The notes: generated by a model from the sequence alone, not told the origin. Numbered from the whole stretch's first letter, positions 37,587-51,004 are shown. The stretch: 63,541 nt of DNA, filler included, from Octopus bimaculoides (GCF_001194135.2; 4 parts of 4 records of this genome joined end to end with filler, not necessarily neighbours in it); one strand, 5' to 3'. Program-made: numbers and translations.

Positions 37587-38899
37587 ATATTGAATGTTAT
37601 TTTCCAGTTACTGTTGATTTTTTTCTTCATTTTCTTTCTTTATTTTTTTAATCGGTTTTCTGGATTACTTTGCTGATGTAGATGAAAGATTGGATTCTTT
37701 GGATAAGTCGATATCAGCAAAGTTTGAGATAGTAAAAACCAAAAGGCCCCAAAATGTCCGGAATACATCTAACATTCTCGTTGGGACGAATTTTCATCTC
37801 CCTCCGATACTGAATGTGTTTTTAACACAGCACGTCCACAGGACAAATACTGCAGTAACTGGCCTATCAACAGTATATATACGTTAAGTATGATACATAG
37901 ACGGATATTTTGATTTAATATCGCTTCAGGTGCGTATTCTAGTGGATTCTGCGAAACATAATATAGTACAGTTTAATGATTTTATGATAGACATAATAGA
38001 CACAGGTCGTACATTTTGGCGCTAAATGTAGTCGATTCGATCGCACCAGGATTTCAATGGCACTTACTTTACCGACCCAGTAAAGTTGTAGGTTAGCATC
38101 TACCACGGTGGGATTTTAACTGACAACGTAAAGTGGTGTTACTGAGTACAAGGCATTTGACTCGTTACTTCACCGATTCTGCTACTCTGCACATAGCATG
38201 ATATAATAGAATATAACATAATATAGTATGATATATAATACAACAGTGTATACGGCAAATTCTGTAGGGTAGGCAACAGCTGGGCTCCAGTTTTGGCTCC
38301 TGAAAATGATCTCCAAGAGTGCATGAACTCCAATAGTCCTCTCTTCTCCACTAGAGTCAAAAAGATTGATTATCTGTTTATATACATCTTGGTACAGACT
38401 TCATTTCGAATACATTACAAGCAAAGCTATTTCAGCCGTGTTATCCCAACTTTTTCTTTATCTAACGTTTTCCATTATTTACGAGAAAAAGGTGCACTTT
38501 GGTCATTTTTTCCAGCAGGTGGAGCGACAAATGTTTGCTTTACTAAATGTGTGGAAGAGTTGGAATAGCGGCAACATATCGGAATAAAAGCTGAAAATTA
38601 GTTTCAGTCTAAGGTGGATTTCATAGTTCTTATGTCGACAAAATAAATACTTGTCATGAACTGGAGCCCCTTCAATTGATTTTAATTCCTCCCTCACAGG
38701 GTTTGTCTTGTGTCAAGTAAGAAATATAAGCATTTTGTTTCCTTTTCCAAGAATAAAGCAACTCTAATTTGTCTATCTGTTTGTTGAATGTGAAGTTGTA
38801 ACATGGTAAATCTAATCTAGATTTTCGAGAGTGCATCAATGTTTAGCGATCTGTATTGTAGGGTTGTACACTAAAATGATAACAAAAGTAACAGCAGTG

Positions 38900-39860
38900 A
38901 CGAAAGCAGATGCAACAACAATTTATCTCTCAATTATGTTGAAGCTGCTGGTAAGTATAATAGCCAATAGAATATATATTATGTAAATAACTAGGTACGC
39001 AAGATGTATTACCAGTAGAGCAGAAAGGATACTGAACAATGAGTAGTACTAAGGAACAATCATTGATAGATAAATCAATATAGCAGAAATGATATAAACA
39101 TTTTACAATGACATGGTTTGAGTATGAAAAGTCTATGCCATGACTTTTCCTTTCTGGATTGCGTATAAATACTAGAGTTAGCAGAGTATAAAAAAAGAAT
39201 AGCGAAGAGTGGAACAAATGATAAATGAAGAAATAAATAAAGATATCTTAATGAAGAGGCAGTAAGTATTAAAATCAATGATGGAGTCTTTCATGGTGAT
39301 TGCATATGCCCTCTGCTCTTTTGGGATATTCATAAAACCTTTACCTCTATTGCTAAGCACGGTAAAAGAAGGATATAGCAAATGAATGGTTGGCCGCATA
39401 AAGTAAAATCTCCCCCTCTCTATGGATATCTTAAAATTCTTTGCAAAGAAAATACGATGAAGTAATATACTGATTTACAGAAGATATAGGAATGAAATGT
39501 GGAATAAAGAAGAATGAATTTTCATAGAAATGAATAGTTCAGCAGGTTAAAATTAATGCCTTAATATAAACTGAATGGTAACGAATAAGATTATTGCCAT
39601 TAGCAAACTTATAGAACATATCTCCTTTGAGATATTGATAGAAAGTCTAAAATGGAACCAAAGTAAAAGAAGTTTTAACAGAAATTAAATTCTGAAAGCA
39701 ATGAGCACATAGGAAGACTTGCAATCGTAAATCCTTAAAGCAAGGTTTATAGGGTCATGAAATATGAAGCAGAGGGAGAGTTTGTTGCCAAAAAATGTTT
39801 ACTGATGGAAGAAAATAGTGTGAAATGGTACACAAGAAATAGTGTAAAGACATTTAGTAA
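38900..39860 (+). mobile_element. Decayed R4/Dong-like (REL-endonuclease clade) non-LTR retrotransposon RT
   Basis: VLPVEQKG...TKEQSLIDKSI...MTWFEYEK and IKINDGVFHGDCICPLLF (cf. LPEEQKGC..GTKDQLLID..AWIDYKKA and GIFQGDSLSPLLF). Many stops. Confidence 0.65.
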
Positions 39861-40010
39861 GTTTGAATATTAAAAATAAAGAATACATGACATCATATAT
39901 GTATATATCTATATATATACATACATATGTTCACACACACAAACACATACACATACATACATACATACATATATACATACATACATACATACATACATAC
40001 ATACATACAT

Positions 40011-40045
<35 letters not shown>

Positions 40046-40073
40046 TATAATATGTGACAATTAGTTGGTTGTC

Positions 40074-40136
40074 ATAATAAAACTCAGAGTTTCAGATGCC
40101 GAGGATGAAGTCTGCTCCGGCATCTCATCAGTTATT
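40074..40136 (-). ncRNA. Type I hammerhead ribozyme in the sense pLTR
   Basis: AAUAA CUGAUGA GAUGCCG..CGGCAUC U GAAA CUC U GAG U U UUAUU. Stems I, II and III all pair, with a near-palindromic stem III. Confidence 0.75.
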
Positions 40137-40801
40137 CAGACAAACGCTGTGAAAAAAACCCGTGGAATAAAGGGAAATTACACTAATAGACATGGGGAAA
40201 GTAATGCTTCATTCATAGAATCTGCATATGCACACATATACACACACACATACACGTACGCACACACATGTGTGTACATATTTATATACATGCTCACACA
40301 CGCGTGTACTTATACATATAAACACACATATATACATATATATGTCTACGCATATACGCACATACACTTACATACGCGGATATACAAGACGTAGTCCATA
40401 CGCACATGCACATACATACGCGGATAGACGTATATACAAATAAAAACACATATGCGAAAAACATAAACCGTAAAACATTCACATTCGCCGCAAAACTTGA
40501 ATATACAAGTGAGTTATATATGTATATACACAAATACACCCTCCTTTCTGTCAAACACATCTACACCTGCAGATATATAAACGTATATACATACATATAT
40601 GTATGAAGGAAGGAGACAAGTACAACAGGTAGAGTCTTGCACACGTATATATACAATCATTTGTACAATATGGATATATGTATGCACATACACATTACGT
40701 ATATACTATACGCGTATAAGTTACACAATTATAAAATGTGAAAGATAATATACAGAAAAATATATAAAGCAATAAAATATATATAAGAAATATATGAGAT
40801 G

Positions 40802-41326
40802 TTAAGACATATGAAAGGCTTGTATATGGACATAATATAAAAAGTAGGTTCTATCTGTGATCTTGGGTGGTGTCCAAAAACGTAGCAAATGTTTTGCCAT
40901 GCATGGACATGATCCCAAAAGTTCAGTTCTTGAATTTAGACATGTGGCAGGGTCTAAAAAACTTTTCCAGATGAGCCATCTTTCCATATCGCAAAGACCG
41001 CACTTTCCACTGCCGCTGGTGTAAGGCTTACACTTGGACAAGATCTTCCAGTGAATCTTATAGATGACATCTTTTTCTTTTAAGGACCATATATAACTGG
41101 ATAATTTGGTTGTTTTCCGTTTATCCCAGTGTCTGAAGCTTAAGGTGTGATTGTTGAACCTGGCTTTAAAATTTCCCTTTGTGAGACCCACATATTTCTT
41201 TGATGAAACTATGTCCTTAGTCGTTGTAGAGTCTCCGGTGGCTTCATAAATGATGGCTTCGGTCATACAAGATCTATTTAGCGGGCACAAATTTTTAATT
41301 CTGCAGGAACAGCAGGCTTCATTTTG
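40802..41326 (-). CDS. Penelope-type GIY-YIG endonuclease domain (open fragment; RT missing)
   Basis: CSCRIKNLCPL..C....IIYEAT...YVGLTKGNFKARFNNH..SF...TKLSSYIWSLK...WKIL..CKPY...CGLC..E...LNSRTEL..C. No stops over ~175 codons. Confidence 0.9.
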   Translation of the reverse strand, partial: QNEACCSCRIKNLCPLNRSCMTEAIIYEATGDSTTTKDIVSSKKYVGLTKGNFKARFNNHTLSFRHWDKRKTTKLSSYIWSLKEKDVIYKIHWKILSKCKPYTSGSGKCGLCDMERWLIWKSFLDPATCLNSRTELLGSCPCMAKHLLRFWTPPKITDRTYFLYYVHIQAFHMS

Positions 41327-41833
41327 TTACACGTGTGGTATATACATATATCTGCTGGGGTAGATGTCTTTGACAGACAGGAGGGTGTACTTGTGTATAT
41401 ACATATATAACGCATTTTTATATTCAAGTTTTGCGGCGAATGTGAATGCTTCATGGTTTATATTTCTTGCGTATGTGTTTTTATTTGTATATACGTCTAT
41501 CCGCGTATGTATGTGCATGTTCGTATGGACTACGTTTTGTATATCCGCATATGTATGTGTATGTGCGTATAGAGATGTGCATACGAACATAATGATGCGT
41601 GCGTTTTTGCGTATGTGTTTTTATTTGTATATATGTCTTTCCGCGTATGTATATGCATGTGCATATAAGCTACGTTTTGTATACCCGCGTATGTATGTGT
41701 GTATGCTTGTAGAGATGTGTATATGAGCATAGTGATGCGTGCATGGGTATATATGCGTGTGTATGTGCGTATATGCGTAGACATATTTATGTATATATGT
41801 GTGTTTGTGTGTATATGTAGACGCGTGTGTGAG

Positions 41834-41952
<119 letters not shown>

Positions 41953-42087
41953 GTGTGTGTGTATGTGCGTACGTGTATGTGTGTGCAAATATGTGCATAT
42001 GCGGATTCTCTGAATGAAGTATTACTTTCCACATGCCTATTGGAGCAATTTTCCTTTATTCAACGGTTTTTTTCATAGAGTTTGTCT

Positions 42088-42150
42088 TAATAACTGATGA
42101 GATGCCGGAGCAGACTTCAGTCCCGGCATCCGAAATTCTGAGTTTTATTA
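42088..42150 (+). ncRNA. Type I hammerhead ribozyme in the inverted pLTR
   Basis: UAAUAA CUGAUGA GAUGCCGG..CCGGCAUC C GAAA UUC U GAG U U UUAUUA. Confidence 0.75.
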
Positions 42151-42261
42151 TGACAACCAACTAATTGTCACATATTATATTTATAGATAAATTCCTCTAT
42201 TTTACATAATATCGAGGTCACATTCATTCTTTTGTTGTCATATTATTATTATTGTTGTTGT

Positions 42262-42299
<38 letters not shown>

Positions 42300-42301
<2 letters not shown>

Positions 42302-42580
42302 CAAAAAAACAATAACAAAAAAACAAAAAAACAACAAAGTGAGGACGTGATATAGATAGTATTATTGGACGCTCAGGAAAGGAAAGAGAGAGTGTATGAC
42401 GTTTCGGGCGTAGCCCTTCGTCGGAAAGATGGAAAGTTCGGAGAATGGAAGAACGGAGAAAGAGGAAAATGGTACCGATGCCCACGAGGTTACATGATGA
42501 AAAGACCGGAAGAGGAGGTGGTGGGGGAAAAGTTCTTTCTAAGATAGGAGAGTGAAAAAGGGAGATGAATCTGTATATAT
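42300..42580 (-). mobile_element. Fragment of a third Penelope-like pLTR with a degenerate hammerhead (~42390-42430)
   Basis: Minus strand CCGACGA A GGGC UAC GCCC GAAA C GUC. The core has C instead of U4 and stem I is weak. Bounded by (TA)n. Confidence 0.5.
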
Positions 42581-42790
42581 ATATATATAGATATATATAT
42601 ATAAAGGGCATTCATATATATTTAAATATTTTTATATATATTTATATATATATTTAAATATATCTATGGAGAAACGATGACTCTTTTCATTACGAAATTT
42701 TTCGTTATTTTTTCATTATGAGGTTTTTTCACGCTGACTACTTGATAAATTCTTATAAAGAATTTATCCTATATTATATTATATATATAT

Positions 42791-42839
<49 letters not shown>

Positions 42840-43867
42840 GAGATAGATACTCAAATGGGAATTAAAAGCAACTCTAGTAATGTAAACATTATCAATCGAA
42901 CATGCACAGTGTACGTGTTTTGTTTATACGCCGAATTTACTGCGGAATAGCGTCTAGGGCAGTTACCTGGACAACGCTGAGTGTTAAAGAACACCCAAAT
43001 GTCACAGACCAGGCAAAACAACTCGCCTTGGATTGAATTCAAGAGGGCAGATACAGATATTTCGCCATTTTTGTGGATTATCAATACCATATACTCGTAT
43101 CAGCGAGAAGCTAATTGAATCTTTGGTCTATGACTTAAATACAAATAAAGTGAAAGCTATTTGCTGATATGCCACGGCGAAGCATAACACTCAGCGTTGT
43201 CCAGGGAGCTATCCTAAATGCTATTCCGCTGCGTATAAACAAAACACATACACTCTATGTGCGATTGATAATATATATATATATATATATANNNNNNNNN
43301 NNNNNNNNNNNNNNNNNNNNNNNNNNNNNNNNNNNNNNNNNNNNNNNNNNNNNNNNNNNNNNNNNNNNNNNNNNNNNNNNNNNNNNNNNNNNNNNNNNNN
43401 NNNNNNNNNNNNNNNNNNNNNNNNNNNNNNNNNNNNNNNNNNNNNNNNNNNNNNNNNNNNNNNNNNNNNNNNNNNNNNNNNNNNNNNNNNNNNNNNNNNN
43501 NNNNNNNNNNNNNNNNNNNNNNNNNNNNNNNNNNNNNNNNNNNNNNNNNNNNNNNNNNNNNNNNNNNNNNNNNNNNNNNNNNNNNNNNNNNNNNNNNNNN
43601 NNNNNNNNNNNNNNNNNNNNNNNNNNNNNNNNNNNNNNNNNNNNNNNNNNNNNNNNNNNNNNNNNNNNNNNNNNNNNNNNNNNNNNNNNNNNNNNNNNNN
43701 NNNNNNNNNNNNNNNNNNNNNNNNNNNNNNNNNNNNNNNNNNNNNNNNNNNNNNNNNNNNNNNNNNNNNNNNNNNNNNNNNNNNNNNNNNNNNNNNNNNN
43801 NNNNNNNNNNNNNNNNNNNNNNNNNNNNNNNNNNNNNNNNNNNNNNNNNNNNNNNNNNNNNNNNNNN

Positions 43868-44279
43868 AACCAATCACTGACAAGTATTCAGTTGTTCACA
43901 TTTACTCCTTTGGCTGATTAAGCGATGTAAAGCGTATTTAATCTCCATACCTTCGTTTTATTTGCTTGTTTCATTTTAAATTTACTTTAACCCTAACCCT
44001 AACCCTAACCCTAGGGTTAGGGTTAGGGTTAGGGTTAATTGTTTCAGAATCGTTTGTTTATGTAGTCGGCACTTAATGTATATCGGCTGAATGGACGTCA
44101 GTGATTGGTTGAAATTACAGAAATACGACAACTTTAACATGGAATAACTTATGGATTTCTTTTTTTTTTTTTAAGAAGACTAAGAGAAAAAGATGTTTTA
44201 TATGACACATTCTACCAGTGTTCCAAGTTTCAAAGTGTTTCGTTAATGAAAAATGTGGCCCCCGTTTTAAAAAAGATCC
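43868..44279. mobile_element. Foldback MITE family B, right part (left end in gap), with a central 52-bp telomeric palindrome at 43987-44038
   Basis: TTAA(CCCTAA)3CCCTAGGG(TTAGGG)3TTAA. Its right end is essentially identical to 53213-53348 and ends ...CCCCGTTTTAAAAAAGATCC. Confidence 0.85.
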
Positions 44280-45589
44280 TTAGCTTTTGTTTGAAAATAA
44301 TTCGAGTGTGTGTTAACGTTCGTCATTGCTGCTACCAATATAGCAATAAGTTATCCTAATACTTCCAGGCTGGCAGTCACTGTTTTTCATTCAAAACAAT
44401 AGTTTCAACACTATTAGTTTTTTCGTCTTCTAAATGTTTTAGTATGGACTTCCGTCTGCACGTTTGGTTTTTTCAGCATGTTTCTCTCCCCAACATCTCT
44501 GTCTGTCTGTCTGTCTCTCCCTTTTTGTAAAAAATCCATATATGTTTTTTTGTTTGGAAAGAACTTGAACTTGTGTTTGTTTATGTTTCTGCTACCATCA
44601 CTGTGGTGAGAACATCTTTCTGTAACTTCTGAATCGGCCATATTGTAATGCGTGCAAATATTGGAAACTTATGTTCGTCAAAATTTGTAAACAGCTTAAA
44701 ATATCTAAATACAAACAATCTTAAAAAAACAATCTTAAAAAAAGAAGAAAAAATACTACCAGTTTTATGTTATCGTGAGTCATTCCTGAGAAGCAGTAGC
44801 ATTTCTGTAATATTATTAAACACGTACACAATAAGTTCAATGAATTTACGGCGAGATTTGTTTTCAATGTCGGAAAAACTTGTTAAATTTTCCCTACAGA
44901 ATTTTCAAGAAAAGAAACATATTTTACTTACATTCTATATAAACCGTTCTTTACAAGCAAACTTTTAATGAAATTACATAGAGAAATTTTCCACTATTAT
45001 GAAACATCTCGAGGCTTTTACAAGTTTCTTTTGGAAAAATGTAGATTTTTATACCTGCTATACAAGAAAATCAATTTTGGAATAATGAGGAGAGCATTGG
45101 ACTTTCTCAAATATTATGCTAAGATTTTATTTCCCGGTTGATTCGGAAAAATAGAAGATAAAATCTTATTTTTGTTTTTGTTATGTTTGCAATGTGATTA
45201 CATTATGCAATGGAGTAAAAAATAGAATATCTGGCTTCTTAATAAGTAAAACTTAACCCTGTTAGACAGACAAAGATAACACTCTAAATAAGTACTCACC
45301 ATTCCTTACAATCTAAGTAAAAAATATCCCTAGATTCCTTACACAAAATCTAATCTCTGTCTTTGACAGAAGGCCATATTCAGAGATTGTGCTCTGATAT
45401 AATTCTCAGGGTCATTGATGCACACAAGCTACCACCATGCAACAAGGATTGGACTTGTTTATAGTCAACATGTAATTTTTATTTGCCTGTCGTGGTACTT
45501 AAATGAGAATGAGATGTAAGGGGACAGTGTTTTGTGAGATTCCGGTTCGAATGACATGAGTGTTTTTGTTTCACTTTTGACACGTAATA

Positions 45590-45734
45590 CTTAAATAGTG
45601 GAGGAGATATGATGTTGCTGCGGGCTGGAAGTATTCAAGAAGTTAAAATTTTTTTTTTGACTAAAACACAACCTAAGTAAGGCATGTGTAAAATTTGAAT
45701 GAAATTGGTTGTGTAGTTCTGGAGTTTTAGGGAT

Positions 45735-45786
<52 letters not shown>

Positions 45787-45811
45787 TCTCAATTTTATAT
45801 ATATATATAGA
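45590..45811 (-). mobile_element. Non-autonomous Helitron-like 5' end
   Basis: Minus strand A|TCTATATATATATAAAATTGAGAA(TG)n...AACCAATTTCATTCAAATTTTACAC, typical of Helitron/HINE-type 5' ends. The 3' end was not located. Confidence 0.5.
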
Positions 45812-46276
45812 TAGATACCGAATCACGATGTTGCACAAATGAACATATGGCAACTTTTTTGTTGTCATCGAATCTGTATTAAAGTGGTAAAATTGTTTAT
45901 GCTCTGAACAAAACCCTTTGTAATCTATACTTACGTCTCTTTATAAAGTTAGGAGCAATTTTGTCTTCCAACCTACTGGGATCGATAAAATAAGTACTTA
46001 TAATATAGGAGGATCGATTTCATTGTCTATACTCAACACTCTCTGGCTATGTACTAAACCTAGAAATTAATATTTAATTGATGGCTCATTATGTCCTGAG
46101 TTCAAATTTCACTGCGGTCGACTTTGTCTTTCATTTTTCCGGGATCATTAAATAAATCAAGCACTTGTCTAATACCTCGATTGATGTAATAATCTATACT
46201 CTCCCCTCAAATTTGTAGCTGTGTAGCTATTATAAAATTCTTTATCGAATAAGTACTGTAGAAATTAATCTAATCC

Positions 46277-46345
46277 AGTTCAAGACAGCCCTGGTGAAGG
46301 ATACCAATGGCAACGTCCTCACCACGGAAACCGCCCGCCTCGAAC
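46277..46345 (+). mobile_element. Short RTE-type LINE fragment
   Basis: KTALVKDTNGNVLTTETARLERWK* (cf. +KD.NG..LT......RW.EY between the EN and RT domains). Confidence 0.55.
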
Positions 46346-47989
46346 GTTGGAAGTAGCCTTCTTCACCCACCTGTCACAATCGATCCCAGGCTAACCATCA
46401 CCACAGACACAGCCGCAACCAACCACACTTGCAGATTCGATCCTGTCACCCCGACGAACTTTTGAAGTATGGAAGTATTAGGACGAGTTATTGCTATATT
46501 GGTAGCAGCAATGACGAACGTTAACACGCACCCAAATTATTTTCAGACGAAAGTTAAATCTAACTTACAGACAAAACTTGTACAATAAAAGATACAAAAA
46601 GAATAATTTTGGATGCATTAAATTAAATTAAATAGGGGAAAAGAGTACGAACAACAACAGTGCTCCATCATTCGCTCCTGTTACGGATTGAAAGGAGCAA
46701 CGCAACTTGAGCCAACTCACATAAAGGGAGGAGCAGAGGAAATATGTCACAAAAGACGGTCTATTTTCCCGAGTAATTTATGCATGAAAGATGGAGGAGA
46801 TGGGTAATGGAAGATAGAAACATTATGTTAATTGAAGAAGAGTCTGGCCTGATTTCGTAGCTGGTGAAATTTTTAGGCAAGCGAAGTTTTACGATGATAC
46901 GTTTAAATTTATGTGCTACAGAAGAATGCTAAGACATGAAAATCTGTCCAGTATTAAGTCCTAGAAGAAACTAAATATTATTAATGGAGACAACTGTTTG
47001 TAAAATTTCCTCACTCACTTAAGATCAACGTAGCATATTTACTTAATTTGGGCAGTAATCTATCACAAGAATGGTCTAATGACTAAACCACCTCACTTGG
47101 AAAATTATATTGGATGGAACTTTTAGCGCTTTTACTATCAGCTAATGCTTGCGTTGATTGATGGTTAATTACATTAATGAGCGAGCGAGACACAAAGTTC
47201 TAATAAAGTAGAAGAAATTATTAAATAGAAGTTGAAGAAATGAATTTGTTGGAGAGTAATTATGTTTTATATCGGTGTTTTACTCACCCGATAAAAATGA
47301 CCCTTTTATCTTATACTTGTAATGTATAACATTTCTTGCTGGATATTTTCGGCGGTCACATTTACACTTCACTACCCATCAAAAATTGTTTTTGAAAAAA
47401 GTTAATCAAATATCTTCCTGTTCAGTGTCCACCTCTACAATAGTAGTATTCTTTACAGAAAAAACAAAACAAAACAAAAAAACTCATTATATATGCTAGC
47501 ATTCTCTAGCGATAAATCAAAAACTCTCGACTGTGAAACCGTTTCCGAATCTAGTGTTTTAATTTCGAGTAGTAAGAACATTGTTCCAATTGACATTACT
47601 AGAACACCCCCCCCCCCATCCATTATCGATTCTTTTTGTATAAAACTTCGACGACACAGTCTGAAACTTACATTCCTTAACCAGCAGATTCAAGGCTTTA
47701 ACAAAATGGTACAGAAATTCATATGGCTGCTGTTTGTGATTGGTAAGTTGGTATCACTCATAACTTTGTTCACCGGCTTAATAGAGATGTTCTCTATACA
47801 ATTTATAATATTCTCATAATTTTCACAGCCAGTGACGAATTCGAATACTTCGCGAGATACAAAGTTTTACAAGGGCGTATAGTCTTTTGATACCAGAATT
47901 ACTGGCAATAAAATTTCCTGATGTACGTAACCAGTGTGTAAATTCCGAGGAGGCATGACTGAAACAAGTAAAAATAAATAACTATGCCA

Positions 47990-48024
47990 TTTTAACCCCG
48001 AGCAACGCCGGGTATCTCTGCTAA
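47990..48024 (+). mobile_element. Helitron 3' terminus
   Basis: cccg-agcaacgc-cggg hairpin, then tatctctg CTAA|T (CTRR followed by T). Confidence 0.55.
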
Positions 48025-48092
48025 TATATACATAATTATAAACATACTTGTACATACACACTCACACATACACACCCACACACACACACATG

Positions 48093-49739
48093 CACACGGC
48101 CAAAACTCTAAATACCGAGGAAACTGAAAATCCGCTGTTTTCAAATAATGCAAGCATATATAATGAGGAGATCTTTGTAAAGAATACTATTATTGTAGAG
48201 AAGGACACTGAACAGGAAGCTATTTGAACCACTTTTTCAAGAAACAGTCTTTGGTGGATGGGTAAGTGTAAATGTGATCGACGAAAATGACTAGCTAGAA
48301 CTGATATAAAGGGTAAAGATCCCCTTCGGTCATGAATGACCATGGGATTGCATCTAGAAAGTTCCTCTCTAAGGCACAAGTCCGAGGAAGGTTGTTTATG
48401 GAAGACCAGCAGCGGCACATATATACCAGCCTCTCCTCTCCACGTCACCGATATTATCCAAGAGAAGGTAAAGGCCGATACAGCTTGGTACCAGTGACGT
48501 CGCAACTCATTTCCACAGTTGAGTAAATTGGAGCAACGTGAAATAAAGTGTCTTGCTCAAGAACACAATACAGCCCGGTCTGGGAATCGAACTCACTATC
48601 TCATCATTGCGAGCCCGACGAAAAAAGACCATTTTTTTTATCGGGTGTGTAAATCACATATTAAGCACTTTAAGTACCTAAAGCGCCAATATAAAACAAT
48701 TACTCTCCAACACATTTATTTCTTCAACTTTACATGATTTAATGAAGTCCAGCACCGCCCCTAAAAATATTGGTTTCAAATTATGATACAAGGTCAGTAA
48801 TATCGGGGATGGGTATAAGTCGATTACATCGACCCCATTGCTCAACTGATGCTTATTTTATATATCCTAAAGGGATGAAAAGCTAAGTCGATCCCGGTGG
48901 GATTTGAACTCAGAACTTAACGTCAGAAGAAAAGTTGCTGAACATTTTCCCGGCGCGGTAACGATTCTGCTAGTTCGCAGCCTTCTCAGCCCTAAAAATA
49001 TTGAAGGAATTCTTTGCTTCATTATCAACGAGAACACAAAATAGAGTTTCTAGTCATGTAATTATTCATTCGTCGTCATGGAGCTGGAACAAGTTTAAAA
49101 ATTTTAAAAATCATCCCAGTTTTATTAAACATGGAATTTGGTCTGTCTGCTCTTTTTCAATCCTCACAGCATCTCCACTGATTTAATGTATCCTATCTTT
49201 TTATAAGAGGGGTAGTGGTGTTTTGTCCACATTACTCCGTAAGGCGCATAGGGCCGGTTTCCTGGTTTCTCTGGCATATATATCCCTCCCTGGATTGGAG
49301 GCTAGTCCATCGCAAGTTTACATAGTTTTTACCAGCAACGTGAGCAACGTGAAATGACATGTTTTGCTCAAGAACACAATGCATCTCCCGGTCCAGGAAT
49401 CGAAACCACAGTCTTACGATCATGAGTCCAATACCCTTAACCACCAAGCCATACACCTCCACATCCTTACATAAGAGGGTAAAAGGGTAAAGTGTAGTTT
49501 GAGAGGAGTCAAACTACAGTTTCTAGCATGTCAAGCGACCACGTGGAGACGCTTCTGTTGGGTCAGTGTTTTAGTTTTAGTTTTGGCGGGCTTCAGATAT
49601 TATCTATTATATATTTATATTACATTTCAATTGGTGAACAATAGCGCCGTTAGTTACAGGTTCCTCATGGGAAAATACCTGATTCGGACGAAAACAGCGG
49701 ATTTTCGCTTTCCTCGGTATTTACAACTTTCGCCTTGTG
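48093..49739. mobile_element. Candidate CAC-terminated TIR element with three nested SINEs
   Basis: 50-bp inverted pair: cacacggccaaaactctaaataccgaggaaactgaaaatccgctgttttc (48093-48142) and 49690-49739. No TSD recognised. Confidence 0.5.
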
Positions 49740-50031
49740 AATATGTGCGTGTGAGTGTGTATGTATGTGTGTGCGTGCGTGCGTGTGTGTGTGCAAGCAT
49801 GTTTGTATTAATGTATTTATGTATGTATCTTGGAATCTGTCTGTCTGTCTATCTCTCCCCTCCCCTCTCTCTCCCTTCCCCTCCCTCACTCCACTCTCTN
49901 NNNNNNNNNNNNNNNNNNNNNNNNNNNNNNNNNNNNNNNNNNNNNNNNNNNNNNNNNNNNNNNNNNNNNNNNNNNNNNNNNNNNNNNNNNNNNNNNNNNN
50001 NNNNNNNNNNNNCTTCCCCATCTCCCACATG

Positions 50032-50071
<40 letters not shown>

Positions 50072-50086
50072 CGAGTAACTATTTTT

Positions 50087-51004
50087 CGAATCAGGACGAT
50101 TGCCCCCTCTCCAGGACAATTCCCTCCGATGACAACTATCCCTAGGACAATTACCACTCCTTGGTTAATTACCCCGCTTCACTATATTACGAAGTATTAA
50201 ATCATCATCCAAGAATGAAAATTATACGCGATTCCTCGCAAATATTGTATCACATTTATGCTTCCGTAATTACTAACTACGGCATTAATACGGGCTGAAG
50301 CATCTAAATATTTCTTTCTAAATGGCTGTTTAGCAAAACCCATCAAGGACTGAGTGTCTATAAAACGTATCGGTATTTAAACCTCAGGGCCAAATTTAGA
50401 GGAAAATTTTGGTTTTATTCACACATAAAGCGCACCAGTGTTTACAAGACGTATAGAGCTACGGGTCCGCAGCTAGCTTTTTTGTTGTTGACGTGTATGT
50501 GGTTATAAAATGCCTTATTTTACGACTATGAGATGTATTGTTATTGTTATGATTTTTATCATACTTTAATCAACATTTCGTCAATGTTAGTCTTTATTAG
50601 ATTTCGTCAATATTAAGTCTTTATTAGATTAAAAATAACATTATCAAAACATGAAGGTAAAACAAAACAAATATGCTTTGTTTTCTTCTAATGTACTGTA
50701 GCAGTAGTTTTTCACGTTGTTCACCGACCAACCTTTCCTCTGAAAAAATCAATGGAATCATTCGATCTCCATACACAAATTATTTTCCTCCTGAAATTTA
50801 TAAAAAAATACACACAGGCGCACCTTTCTCTAAGCCGCACACTAAATTTCCAGGTAAAAAATATCGGCTTATACACCGGAAAATACGGTACACATCGGGC
50901 GTTAACTGTTTAGAGGTGATTGTCCTAGGGGTTGTTGTCCTCAGGGATAATTATCCTTAAGGGGGTGGTGGTTATTGTCCATGGAGGTAAATGTCCTAGA
51001 CTCC
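50087..51004. mobile_element. Unclassified non-autonomous DNA transposon with subterminal GGACAAT repeats; contains a pogo/Tigger-like TIR at 50865-50890
   Basis: ggac(a/g)at units at 50090-50150 are mirrored by attgtcc units at 50915-51000. Flanked by tattttt on both sides. cggcttatacaccggaaaatacgg|ta lies inside. Confidence 0.5.

Noticed and set aside
43987-44038. Ancient chromosome end-to-end fusion site
   Set aside because: Orientation is CCCTAA then TTAGGG (a fusion gives the reverse), and the tract sits inside a repeated element whose other copy has a TSD.
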